DNA from: Candidatus Woesearchaeota archaeon | GTDB lineage: Archaea; Nanobdellota; Nanobdellia; Woesearchaeales; JABGXB01 | DNA length: 64,000 bases | Assembly: GCA_018675975.1 (NCBI GenBank) | Contig: JABGXB010000003.1 | Span: forward strand, 267,821-331,820 | Direction: 5' to 3' | Shown here: one piece after another, positions 40,024 through 49,346 of the stretch | How positions within the stretch are numbered: the first letter of the stretch is position 1 | Layout of the letters: every line of letters begins with the position of its first letter | Made by a program: the position numbers and the translations under genes | Notes under the pieces: generated by a model | What the model saw: the letters and a program-made list of their open reading frames with translations, nothing else | Databases searched by the model: none | Told to the model about the DNA's origin: nothing

Positions 40024-41961
40024 TTAATTGTTATATTTATTAAAAATAAAAATACCAGAACCTAAAATAAATATACTAAAAAAGATAAAAATATACCAAA
40101 TTATATTAACCATTTTACTATTTGTACTATTTTGAATTTCATTTACAATAATATTGCTATTTAATGAATCTTCATTTGAATTGATATTAATATTATTTAA
40201 TTCTAAATTTAAATTTAATAATTTTTTTTCCATTTCATTTCTTTTTGATTCCATTTCTAAATTAATTTTATCAATCTTATTTTTTAATTCATTATTCATA
40301 TTATTAACATCCTTTGAATTATCAACAATATTTGAATTATCATTTAAGCATTTAATTACATTAATTGAAATTGATTTTTTCAATAATTCATTATTATTTT
40401 TATTAAATGCTTGTAAAATAATATCACGTTCCCCTAATTTATTATTAATATTATAATTAAAACTAAAAGATTGATCATCTCCTTCATCTAAACTAAATTC
40501 TTTATTTAATTCAATATCATCATCAGTTAATTGTAAAGTTAAGTCTTCAATATCTCTACTACCAACATTTACTAAATCTCCATTTATTTTTATACCATTA
40601 AATGAACATAAATCTATTTCTTTTGTATAAAATAAATTATCAATAATTAATTCTTCTCTATCTTTTTTTATTTTTACTCTGATAGTAAAATTTGCTTCAT
40701 GAAAATAACTCTCATTATCCAATACACTAGCATATAAATTGAAATTTGATCTTTCTTCTTTATTATCAAATGGTATTATTGATTCATCAAAATCAATATC
40801 AATAGTTTCACAATCATTTTTTACAATATCTAATTCTTCTTCATCAATATCAATTCTAAACATTTCACCATATAATCTTATATTTTCTAAATCTGTATTT
40901 TTTACATTACAAATTTTAACTTCAGCTGATATTTGATCCCCTACTTTAAAATCATCATCATAGGCTCTACCTGAATTATCAAAACGTTCTTTTTTATCAT
41001 TTCTATGTAATTTTACAAATTCAAATTCAAGTGGATTTTTAGGATTTACATTAATTTTTCCATCAATTGTAATTACTTCATTTAAAACATTTGTTAATTC
41101 TAATTGAAAACTATTTTCACCATAATTTAATTGAGGATTAAAAATAATATCATTAACTTCCAGTCCATTAAATTTCCATTTATAATTTACAATAAAATTA
41201 CTATTTGTTAAATCTAAAAATTGTTCATATAAGTTAAATGAACTTAAATCCTCTTCATTTAAATTAATAGTAATATTATTATTTAATGATAAAAAATCAC
41301 TATGTGTTTTATTTGTTACAATAGTATATATTTTCCCATTAGGAATATTATTACTATCATTTTTTTGAAATAAAACATGCAAATAAAGATTCTTATTTTG
41401 ATAATTAATTAAATCACCATCATTTAAAATAATTGTAAGTTTTTTATCACCGCCTTGATAAAAAGGATAAACATTCCAATCATCTTTATTTAAACCAAAT
41501 TTTTCATAAGTAAAATCATCATTTGAATTTAAAATTAAAGCATTCCATAAAAAATTCATTCCACTATTAATATATCTACTAATCAATTCTGAATATATTA
41601 TTTCATTTGAATCATTAGGTCTATCAATTACATTTATAGTTTCTTGTTTAATTTTATATTGACCTAAACTATTTTTTAAAATAAATGTAATATTATGAAT
41701 TCCACTATTATGATATACATGATTTATATTATTTAAATTATAATGTTTTAATTCATTTGTACCAAAATCAACTATTGAATAATCTAAATTAAAACCGCTT
41801 TGAGTTAAAGTATTTAATGTAAAATTAAAAGGCTCATTTACATAAATAGTTGTAGGTAATTCCACAGTATAATCCATACCATTTTCAAATACACCATTTA
41901 CAGAAATTAAACTAATTGATATAAAAAATATTAAAACTAATAATTTATTTATTATTTTCAT
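40024..41961 (-). CDS. large cell-surface protein (signal peptide, C-terminal TM anchor), paralogue A
   Basis: Signal-like N-terminus and C-terminal coiled coil plus TM. Shares the blocks DNSGRAYDDDFKVGDQISAEVKICN and FDESIIPFDNKEERSNFNLY with the neighbouring 688-aa protein. Confidence 0.5.
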   Translation of the reverse strand: MKIINKLLVLIFFISISLISVNGVFENGMDYTVELPTTIYVNEPFNFTLNTLTQSGFNLDYSIVDFGTNELKHYNLNNINHVYHNSGIHNITFILKNSLGQYKIKQETINVIDRPNDSNEIIYSELISRYINSGMNFLWNALILNSNDDFTYEKFGLNKDDWNVYPFYQGGDKKLTIILNDGDLINYQNKNLYLHVLFQKNDSNNIPNGKIYTIVTNKTHSDFLSLNNNITINLNEEDLSSFNLYEQFLDLTNSNFIVNYKWKFNGLEVNDIIFNPQLNYGENSFQLELTNVLNEVITIDGKINVNPKNPLEFEFVKLHRNDKKERFDNSGRAYDDDFKVGDQISAEVKICNVKNTDLENIRLYGEMFRIDIDEEELDIVKNDCETIDIDFDESIIPFDNKEERSNFNLYASVLDNESYFHEANFTIRVKIKKDREELIIDNLFYTKEIDLCSFNGIKINGDLVNVGSRDIEDLTLQLTDDDIELNKEFSLDEGDDQSFSFNYNINNKLGERDIILQAFNKNNNELLKKSISINVIKCLNDNSNIVDNSKDVNNMNNELKNKIDKINLEMESKRNEMEKKLLNLNLELNNININSNEDSLNSNIIVNEIQNSTNSKMVNIIWYIFIFFSIFILGSGIFIFNKYNN

Positions 41962-41972
41962 TGTACCTCAAT

Positions 41973-44039
41973 TTAAATATAAACTAATAAAATAAGTCCA
42001 AATATTAACATCAATACAACACCAATTGCTATAATTAATAATATTGTTTGTTTTTTTTGTTCTGATTTATTTAAATTATCTTGTAAATCATTATCTAAAT
42101 TTATGTTTTGATTTTCTAATAATAATTTTTTATATTCACTAATAAAATCATCATTATTATTTTCAACACCATTTAATTCATTTAATAATTTTAAATTCTT
42201 TTCATATAAATCTTGATCAGTTTGAATATTATTTGAACAATCATTTAATGAAATATCTAATTCTTTATAGTCAACTATATAATTATCCCTATATACTTCT
42301 GCAAAAAATTTATACTGTCCAATGGATGCAGAATTTGGAAAATTAAAATTTGTGAAAGCACTAAATTCATTATCATTTTTATAATCAATATCGAAATCTT
42401 TTATTGATTCAAAATTGAATTGCTCTGAATAAAATCTAACATGCCCATTTTCATCATTATCACCAATATTAAATATTAATGCAGATAATGAAATTGCTTT
42501 ATTATCAAAACAATTTTGTACTACAGTTGGAGTTACTAAAAATTTTTTGAATAATAAATCATGATTTTTTCTATCTACTTTTAATTTAACTGTAAAATTA
42601 TCTTCTTGAAAATAATCTAAATCATCTCTACCTTCAATATTAATAAACATATTAAATGTTTTATCTTCAGCATCATAAGGAATGTGATCTTTATCAAATT
42701 TAACTGAACGTACTTCACACTCATCTTCTGATAATGTAAAATCTGATTTCTCATCATCATCTAAATCACTACCATCATCAATATCTTTTATTATAGCACT
42801 AATTGCAATATCTTCAATATTAATATCTGAATTACTATCATAATCATTACATACTTTAATTTCTACACTAAAATCTTGACCTGGCTTAATATCTTTTGAA
42901 TATCTTTCTCCACTATTTCTAATTCTATCTGATTTGTCATTAACAATTACTTTTACTCTATCAATTCTTAACATTTTTCTTTGAATCGGTTTAATATCTG
43001 CTTCAATCACTTTACCATTAAAAGATAATTTAATTTCACCCAATAAATCAATATCTATTGGACGACTTGAACTTGCATGAATATTAAATGTTTTATTTTC
43101 TAATTCATTTAATGCAAAATTAGTTTCAAAATTACTATATTCAATAAATGAATCAAAAGAACTAATATCTAAACCAATATTTTCTAAATTTGATTCACCA
43201 GTATTTTTAACAGTGAAATTAAAATCAAATTCAGATTCTAATCCACTAATATTAATTTGAATTTCATTAGGTATAATTGTTAATTCCTGTATTTTTTCTC
43301 TTACTTCAATATTTGAAATTTGATAATTTTTATTAAAATTAAATTCTGACTGATCTACATTTAAATCGTATTTATACAAACCGCTAACTAAATCATTACT
43401 AATAAAAACTTCAAAACTTAAATTTTTCACTTCAGATTTATTTAATAAAATTATTTTCTTTTCAACATCTAAAGGAAAAAAACTTGATGTTTTTAATAAA
43501 TTATTAAAATTAATTTCAACTTGAGTATCATAATTTGATTGACTAATAAATTCAAATTCAATAGTATTTGTTTTACCCTTTACTATTTTTTTTGTTATTG
43601 CCTTTACATCAAATTGTGTATTTCTAGAAATATCTAAACTAATTGGCAATAATGTTTGTTCAGATTTACTATCTGTTGCAATTATTGTCCCATTATATTT
43701 ACCATAAGTAGGATTATTTGATAAATCAATAAAAAAATCAACTGATTTTTGTCCATTAGCATCAAAATTTCCTAATTGTGCATTTACACCATTTAATTCA
43801 ATAGCTAAAAATTCACCATTAGCATTTGATAAAACAAGTCCACTAAGTGCAATATTTACATTTGTTGAATCTAAATTTGTAATTTTAAACTGACTATTAA
43901 CTTTAGATGTTCTAAGTCCATTACTTAAATCACTTAATTCTATACTTTCTTTGTCAAAATTAGGTACTGCATTACTAAATGCTGAAACTAATGTTGCAAA
44001 TATAATCAAAAATGCAAATAAATGCGTTAATTTTTTCAT
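41973..44039 (-). CDS. large cell-surface protein, paralogue B
   Basis: Same architecture as paralogue A. Blocks RNSGERYSKDIKPGQDFSVEIKVCN and FDKDHIPYDAEDKTFNMFINIEG. Confidence 0.5.
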   Translation of the reverse strand: MKKLTHLFAFLIIFATLVSAFSNAVPNFDKESIELSDLSNGLRTSKVNSQFKITNLDSTNVNIALSGLVLSNANGEFLAIELNGVNAQLGNFDANGQKSVDFFIDLSNNPTYGKYNGTIIATDSKSEQTLLPISLDISRNTQFDVKAITKKIVKGKTNTIEFEFISQSNYDTQVEINFNNLLKTSSFFPLDVEKKIILLNKSEVKNLSFEVFISNDLVSGLYKYDLNVDQSEFNFNKNYQISNIEVREKIQELTIIPNEIQINISGLESEFDFNFTVKNTGESNLENIGLDISSFDSFIEYSNFETNFALNELENKTFNIHASSSRPIDIDLLGEIKLSFNGKVIEADIKPIQRKMLRIDRVKVIVNDKSDRIRNSGERYSKDIKPGQDFSVEIKVCNDYDSNSDINIEDIAISAIIKDIDDGSDLDDDEKSDFTLSEDECEVRSVKFDKDHIPYDAEDKTFNMFINIEGRDDLDYFQEDNFTVKLKVDRKNHDLLFKKFLVTPTVVQNCFDNKAISLSALIFNIGDNDENGHVRFYSEQFNFESIKDFDIDYKNDNEFSAFTNFNFPNSASIGQYKFFAEVYRDNYIVDYKELDISLNDCSNNIQTDQDLYEKNLKLLNELNGVENNNDDFISEYKKLLLENQNINLDNDLQDNLNKSEQKKQTILLIIAIGVVLMLIFGLILLVYI

Positions 44040-44191
44040 TCATATCCTCTTATATACATATTTTAAATAATATTACCACAAAGCGGTGACATTTTATAAA
44101 TGTTATCAATTTTAACAAACATTGTTTATAAATGTCAAAAAAGATAAAAAAAGACTAAATTGTTTATAAATAAAATTAAAATAAATTATAT

Positions 44192-44701
44192 TTATTGGGG
44201 CAATTGGTTTAGTTTTTCCATAATAGATGAAAGTTCAGGCTTTTTTTCATAAAATGTATAATTTGCCATTTTCATAAAACTTCTAAAAACATCTAAATTT
44301 TCTATATTTGGACTTCCTAAACTAAAATTATAAATATAATCACTATCCAGTTTTGCGGGTGTTATTACACTTTTGTCATCAATAGAAACTAAATCCAAAT
44401 CATAAGCTCTTGCAACCCCCTGCATATCTCCAATATATTGTTTTAAATCCTCAAAAAAACTATTAACAGAAACTACATTATCAAAAGAATCTAATCTAAC
44501 TTTCGCTGATAAATTCAATCGTAAATTCAATTGATTTCCAAAAAATAATTTATATGCTAATCCACCATTAAACCCAACAAATATCCTTTCAGAAAAATCT
44601 TTGCACTCTTCTTCATCTGCAAATGACGTTTGGTTTAATGCTTGTACAAAATAACCATTTAATATTTCACGTTTATTAAAATCTAATTTTAATTTTTTCA
44701 T
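44192..44701 (-). CDS. hypothetical protein
   Basis: 169 aa, no motif. Confidence 0.35.
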   Translation of the reverse strand: MKKLKLDFNKREILNGYFVQALNQTSFADEEECKDFSERIFVGFNGGLAYKLFFGNQLNLRLNLSAKVRLDSFDNVVSVNSFFEDLKQYIGDMQGVARAYDLDLVSIDDKSVITPAKLDSDYIYNFSLGSPNIENLDVFRSFMKMANYTFYEKKPELSSIMEKLNQLPQ

Positions 44702-44763
44702 TTTAAAAAAAGATTCAATAATTAACTTAAAAATATTGTTCTATATTTGATATACATATTTAA

Positions 44764-45111
44764 TTACATCAAACTAAGTCCTTTTATTACCCTATCAATA
44801 TTTTCTTCAGTATCTGGGCCAAGCCCCATACAAGTCACCGTTCCAGGTTCAACTACAGTTCTTCCTGCATCTGTTATAATTGCAGTTTTAATACCATATT
44901 CATCTGCTGTTGCTTTTAATCGATACAAATCTTTTTCATCATTTACTTTTACAACTACTTTTTTCATACCACTTTGTCTCCATGGTTTTACAATTTTATC
45001 ATTAGATCTCAAAACTGCTTCAACTGCACCATGAGCTACTTGGGCTGCTAATTTACCTTTAGGTAATTTCAAACTTGATATCACTATAATTGCTTGTTTA
45101 TATTCAGTCAT
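44764..45111 (-). CDS. pth2: peptidyl-tRNA hydrolase, archaeal/eukaryotic Pth2 type
   Basis: 115 aa; PTH2 core KGKLAAQVAHGAV and a C-terminal G-rich loop. Confidence 0.85.
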   Translation of the reverse strand: MTEYKQAIIVISSLKLPKGKLAAQVAHGAVEAVLRSNDKIVKPWRQSGMKKVVVKVNDEKDLYRLKATADEYGIKTAIITDAGRTVVEPGTVTCMGLGPDTEENIDRVIKGLSLM

Positions 45112-45154
45112 AATAGAAATAATAATTATCTTAATATAAATTTAACCAATTATT

Positions 45155-46825
45155 TTAATGAATTTTAACTACTTCACCAGTTAAAGATCTTAATTGATGT
45201 TTTGTAATTTTCACATCCACTTTTTTATTTAATGGAATTCTTCCTTTAATTCCAACAATTAATGGATACGTACCTAAATGTCTTGCAAAAGTTATATTTC
45301 CATCATAAATTTCAGTAATTAAATTTTTTAAAATTAAACCCTCTGGAGCAATTCGTTTTAACATAGGATTATCAATATTTTGACGAATATCATTTCTCCA
45401 TTTCCAATAATATTTTTGATTACGCTTTGTTTTTGACATTTCTTTTTTCATTTCACTTAATTTTGTCCCACCATAATCTACTACGCGTCTAATATTAATT
45501 CTTCTCAACATTAAACCATCATCATATATTTTTTTTAAACATTTCATATTAATTTCATGTGTTTTTTTAGTTTCACCAGGAAGACCAAATAAAAGATTAA
45601 GTCCAGGCAATAATTTTGGCATACCATTTGGACCTCTTTCAGACCCATATTCATTCACAATTTCAATAGCTTTCATTGTAATTTTTTGTTCACTATTTAA
45701 ATTATTTATTTCAATTATTTTTGGATCAAATGTTTCTGCACCAAATGCTGTTATATTACCCTCTGTAAAATATTTAACTGCAAGTTTTGTAATATCACGA
45801 CCCCATTTATGTTTTACAATAGTCCTTGGACTTACATTATCAATATGAAAATTTTCAATATCAGGACATGCACTCCAAATATCTTTTAATAATGATTCAA
45901 TTTCATCTTTATTTCCACCTTGATACATAAAAAAATCACTTTGTTTTCCTAAACGAAAACTTCTAATACCTAATTTATAAAATTCAACAACTTCATCATA
46001 AATATCTTTTTTTACCCTATGTTCAGTTCTATTTTTTAATGGTTCAGTACAAAAACTACATTTACCTGTTGAACAACCTTTTCCAGTTTCAATTTCAACT
46101 ATAACACGTTTAGGAAAAAGAGGATGTTGTTCTACTATTTTCGAACCTAATAAGCTAACTTCTCTATAATCATCAAAATTATATCTTTGTAAAAATTGAT
46201 CTCCATTATTTATATCTCCATTCGATTCAATTTTTTTAATTAATTCAATTAAATATGGTTCTTTATTTACATGTAAAACAAAATCAAATGAATCAATAAA
46301 ATCATATATTTTTTTATCAATTTTTTTTCCACCCTCGAGTTGAGTACCATGTTCACTTGCAGCAGGACCTGCAAAAATTTTAAAACAATTAAAATAAGAA
46401 GCTAATCTTTCAACTTCATGAATATTTCCAGGTATTGCACTTAAATATTTTCCAGGTACATGAATTCCACAAATAATAATTAATACCTTAGTATTTTTTA
46501 TTATTTTTTCAATTTCATCCAAACTTCTTGTTCTATTATAAATTGAAATATCAGTTTTATGATTTTTTTTTTCCTCACTAATTTCTTTTTTTAATTCAAT
46601 AGTTTTTTTATAATATCTTAAATCATCAACAGTTAAATAATTAGGATTAATTTTATTTTTTATAATTGCACCAGCAATATATCTAGGATAAGTGCCTAAA
46701 AAAGGAGGAACTCCTAAACCCGCCGGTTCATCGGTGTAAAAATCTAATATCGTATACATAAAAGAGTGAAAAATTAAAAGTTTATAAAAATACTCAATAC
46801 CATTTTTTAATATCTTTACATGCAA
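45155..46825 (-). CDS. radical SAM domain protein (unknown subfamily)
   Basis: Cys cluster GKGCSTGKCSFCTEP plus a glycine-rich SAM motif. The true start is likely the internal Met at 46759 (MYTILDFYTDEPAGLG). Confidence 0.5.
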   Translation of the reverse strand: MHVKILKNGIEYFYKLLIFHSFMYTILDFYTDEPAGLGVPPFLGTYPRYIAGAIIKNKINPNYLTVDDLRYYKKTIELKKEISEEKKNHKTDISIYNRTRSLDEIEKIIKNTKVLIIICGIHVPGKYLSAIPGNIHEVERLASYFNCFKIFAGPAASEHGTQLEGGKKIDKKIYDFIDSFDFVLHVNKEPYLIELIKKIESNGDINNGDQFLQRYNFDDYREVSLLGSKIVEQHPLFPKRVIVEIETGKGCSTGKCSFCTEPLKNRTEHRVKKDIYDEVVEFYKLGIRSFRLGKQSDFFMYQGGNKDEIESLLKDIWSACPDIENFHIDNVSPRTIVKHKWGRDITKLAVKYFTEGNITAFGAETFDPKIIEINNLNSEQKITMKAIEIVNEYGSERGPNGMPKLLPGLNLLFGLPGETKKTHEINMKCLKKIYDDGLMLRRINIRRVVDYGGTKLSEMKKEMSKTKRNQKYYWKWRNDIRQNIDNPMLKRIAPEGLILKNLITEIYDGNITFARHLGTYPLIVGIKGRIPLNKKVDVKITKHQLRSLTGEVVKIH

Positions 46826-47051
46826 AAGTCCTATCTGCTTGCTTATTTAAATCATATGCCAGAATACACCATTGTTCTTCTTTATGCCATTCATTAGATA
46901 TAAAAACTATTTTTTTTGGTATTATATTTCTAATCGAAGTTTCACCTCTATAATTAGTATATAATAATTTAACTTTTTTATTTAAATCTATATCTTCCAT
47001 CATAAAAAATAATCCTTTATAATTTATAAAGTTAAAATACTCAAAAAACAT
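46794..47051 (-). CDS. small hypothetical protein, WYL-like
   Basis: 85 aa; segment RNIIPKKIVFISNEWHKEEQWCILAYDLNKQADRTFACKDIK resembles the WYL ligand-binding fold pattern. Confidence 0.25.
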   Translation of the reverse strand: MFFEYFNFINYKGLFFMMEDIDLNKKVKLLYTNYRGETSIRNIIPKKIVFISNEWHKEEQWCILAYDLNKQADRTFACKDIKKWY

Positions 47052-47651
47052 ATGACATATATTGATAATATGATAAGAATTACAAATGAAATCACATTAG
47101 AATTTGAAAAAAATATAATCAAAAAAAAAATCAATTATAATAATATTAATACTGAAAAATTATTAATTTTGTCAAATGAAATGATTCATGATTCAAGTAT
47201 ATATCAAAAAAATATAATTTTAAAATTTTCTACACTAATATATTGTATTGCAAAAATGATTAAAGAACAAAAAAATAAAAAATCAAATAATTTAGAAACC
47301 ATATTTTGTAAATATTATAATAATTTAAAATTAATGTACACTTATTTAAAAAAAAATAATATCAATAAATTTGAAAATAAAATAGTTGAAATTTTTAATT
47401 TAATTTTAAAAAATAATAATAAATTTAATATTTATATTCAAGACATAATTAATTCAACGACAATAAAAAAAGGCTCTAAATTAGTTGATCATGGAATAAG
47501 TATTGAAACAGTTAGTAAAATGACTGGTTTAAATCAATGGGAATTATATAATTATTTAGGTAAAACTAATTTTGAAATAGTATTAGATGAAAAAATACAA
47601 AAAACTCAAAAAAGGCTAGATCATGCTAAAAAAATATTTAATATAAAATGA
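47052..47651 (+). CDS. hypothetical protein (possible C-terminal HTH)
   Basis: C-terminal GISIETVSKMTGLNQWELYNYLG. Overlaps the next ORF by 4 bp. Confidence 0.3.
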   Translation: MTYIDNMIRITNEITLEFEKNIIKKKINYNNINTEKLLILSNEMIHDSSIYQKNIILKFSTLIYCIAKMIKEQKNKKSNNLETIFCKYYNNLKLMYTYLKKNNINKFENKIVEIFNLILKNNNKFNIYIQDIINSTTIKKGSKLVDHGISIETVSKMTGLNQWELYNYLGKTNFEIVLDEKIQKTQKRLDHAKKIFNIK

Positions 47652-48346
47652 AACAATTAATATTTGATGCAGGTATAATTATTAATTTATCATTAAATAA
47701 TTTACTTTGGATTTTACCAAAATTAAAAAAACAATTTAATGGAGAATTTATTATACCAAATGCAGTTGAATATGAAATAATAACAAAACCATTACAAATA
47801 AAAAGATTTAAATTAGAGGCAATACAAGTTTTTAATCAAGTACAAAATAAAACTTTAACTATTTCAAATGATAAAAATATAAAACAAATTTATGATCAAA
47901 TAGATCAATTAGCAAATACATCTTTTTCTTGTAATGGACAAATAATTAAAATTATACATAGTGGTGAAATTAGTGTTATTGCCCATGCAATTAATCAAAA
48001 TGCTACTGCAGCAATTGATGAAAGAGCTATGAGAGAATTATTAGAAAATCCAAATGGTTTCTTAAAACATCTTAAAAAAAAATTAAAAAGAAATATACAA
48101 ATGGATAAAGAAAAAATTAAAAAATTAAAATCTTTAACTAAAAATATACAAATAATAAGAAGCAGTGAAATTGTTACAATTGCATATGATTTAGGATTAT
48201 TTAATTTTTATATTGAAAAAGGAATTGAAAAAATATTAAAACAACCAAAAAAACAATTATTAGACTCTTTATTATGGGGAACTAAATTAAGAGGATGTAG
48301 TATAACTGATAAAGAAATAGAATATATTGAAAAAAAAGAAGTATAA
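47648..48346 (+). CDS. hypothetical protein (weakly PIN-like)
   Basis: LIFDAGIIIN N-terminus with later acidic residues (AIDERA). Too weak to call. Confidence 0.25.
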   Translation: MKQLIFDAGIIINLSLNNLLWILPKLKKQFNGEFIIPNAVEYEIITKPLQIKRFKLEAIQVFNQVQNKTLTISNDKNIKQIYDQIDQLANTSFSCNGQIIKIIHSGEISVIAHAINQNATAAIDERAMRELLENPNGFLKHLKKKLKRNIQMDKEKIKKLKSLTKNIQIIRSSEIVTIAYDLGLFNFYIEKGIEKILKQPKKQLLDSLLWGTKLRGCSITDKEIEYIEKKEV

Positions 48347-48347
48347 A

Positions 48348-49298
48348 TTAAATATCAGGTCTATCGAATTTCTTAGTTTTTGGTTTTTTTTCATTAAATT
48401 GAAATCTCTCAATTATATTTTCACCATCATTAGTATTCTTCATAACACCCCAGCCCGGAAATTTATTATCTTGATTGGCAGTATACATTTCTTTAATTTT
48501 AGGAATACCAAAACTCGGTGAATCCCCTTCAGCATTATCATATATATTTTTTAATTTATTTGCACTATACATAAAACTATTTTCTTGGCTTGAATTGTAA
48601 AAACCTTTTTTTAAATCTATTGAACCCGAAGATTCATATTCAGATTTTGAAACAAAATTATTAACTAAATTTTTATCTATTCCAGAATCAGTTAATTTTT
48701 TTATAATATCACTACGTAAATGTATATCCTCACCCACTTCATTAACTTGAACAACTTCATCAATATTAGGTTTAAAACCATCCATATCAATTTTAATTAG
48801 TTTAATAGGAGCATCTACTTCAATATTTTTTTGTTTAATTTCCTCATGTTCTATACTTTCTTCTTTTAAAATTTCAATACTATCTATATTTTTATTTTTT
48901 TCAAAATTTTTATTTTTATTTTCAACTATTTCATTATCCTTATATTTTTTTTTGAAAATAAACCTTTTTGCCTTTTCAATTAAATTAAATTTTTTATTAT
49001 AATCAATATAATTAGATTTATGTTCATTTTCACTTTGAGTTTTAAAATCAAACTCATAGTTAGGTTGATTTTGATTATTTGAATTAGAATTACTTGAAAA
49101 TATATTTAATAAATCCATTAAATTACCTATTTTTAATAATTTTTTAGGTTTATTTTCTTTAATATTGGAATTTTCATTTACTAAATCATCATTAAATTCA
49201 TTTTTACTATTTTTAATTAATTTTTTACTTTCTTTTACATTTTTTGTATTATTTTTTAATACTTTTTTTGATTTTTTTTTAATTAACATTTTTTCCAA
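48348..49298 (-). CDS. hypothetical low-complexity K/N-rich protein
   Basis: 316 aa, lysine/asparagine-rich. Confidence 0.3.
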   Translation of the reverse strand: MEKMLIKKKSKKVLKNNTKNVKESKKLIKNSKNEFNDDLVNENSNIKENKPKKLLKIGNLMDLLNIFSSNSNSNNQNQPNYEFDFKTQSENEHKSNYIDYNKKFNLIEKAKRFIFKKKYKDNEIVENKNKNFEKNKNIDSIEILKEESIEHEEIKQKNIEVDAPIKLIKIDMDGFKPNIDEVVQVNEVGEDIHLRSDIIKKLTDSGIDKNLVNNFVSKSEYESSGSIDLKKGFYNSSQENSFMYSANKLKNIYDNAEGDSPSFGIPKIKEMYTANQDNKFPGWGVMKNTNDGENIIERFQFNEKKPKTKKFDRPDI

Positions 49299-49346
49299 AA
49301 TATAATAAAACCATTATTATTTAAATAATTAAGCATACGTTTATAA

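Noticed and set aside
47648-48346. PIN-domain toxin call for ORF 47648-48346 and a toxin-antitoxin pairing with 47052-47651
   Set aside because: The resemblance rests on an N-terminal FDAG and scattered acidic residues. At 232 aa it is too long, and the upstream partner, at 199 aa, is not antitoxin-like. Both are left as hypothetical.
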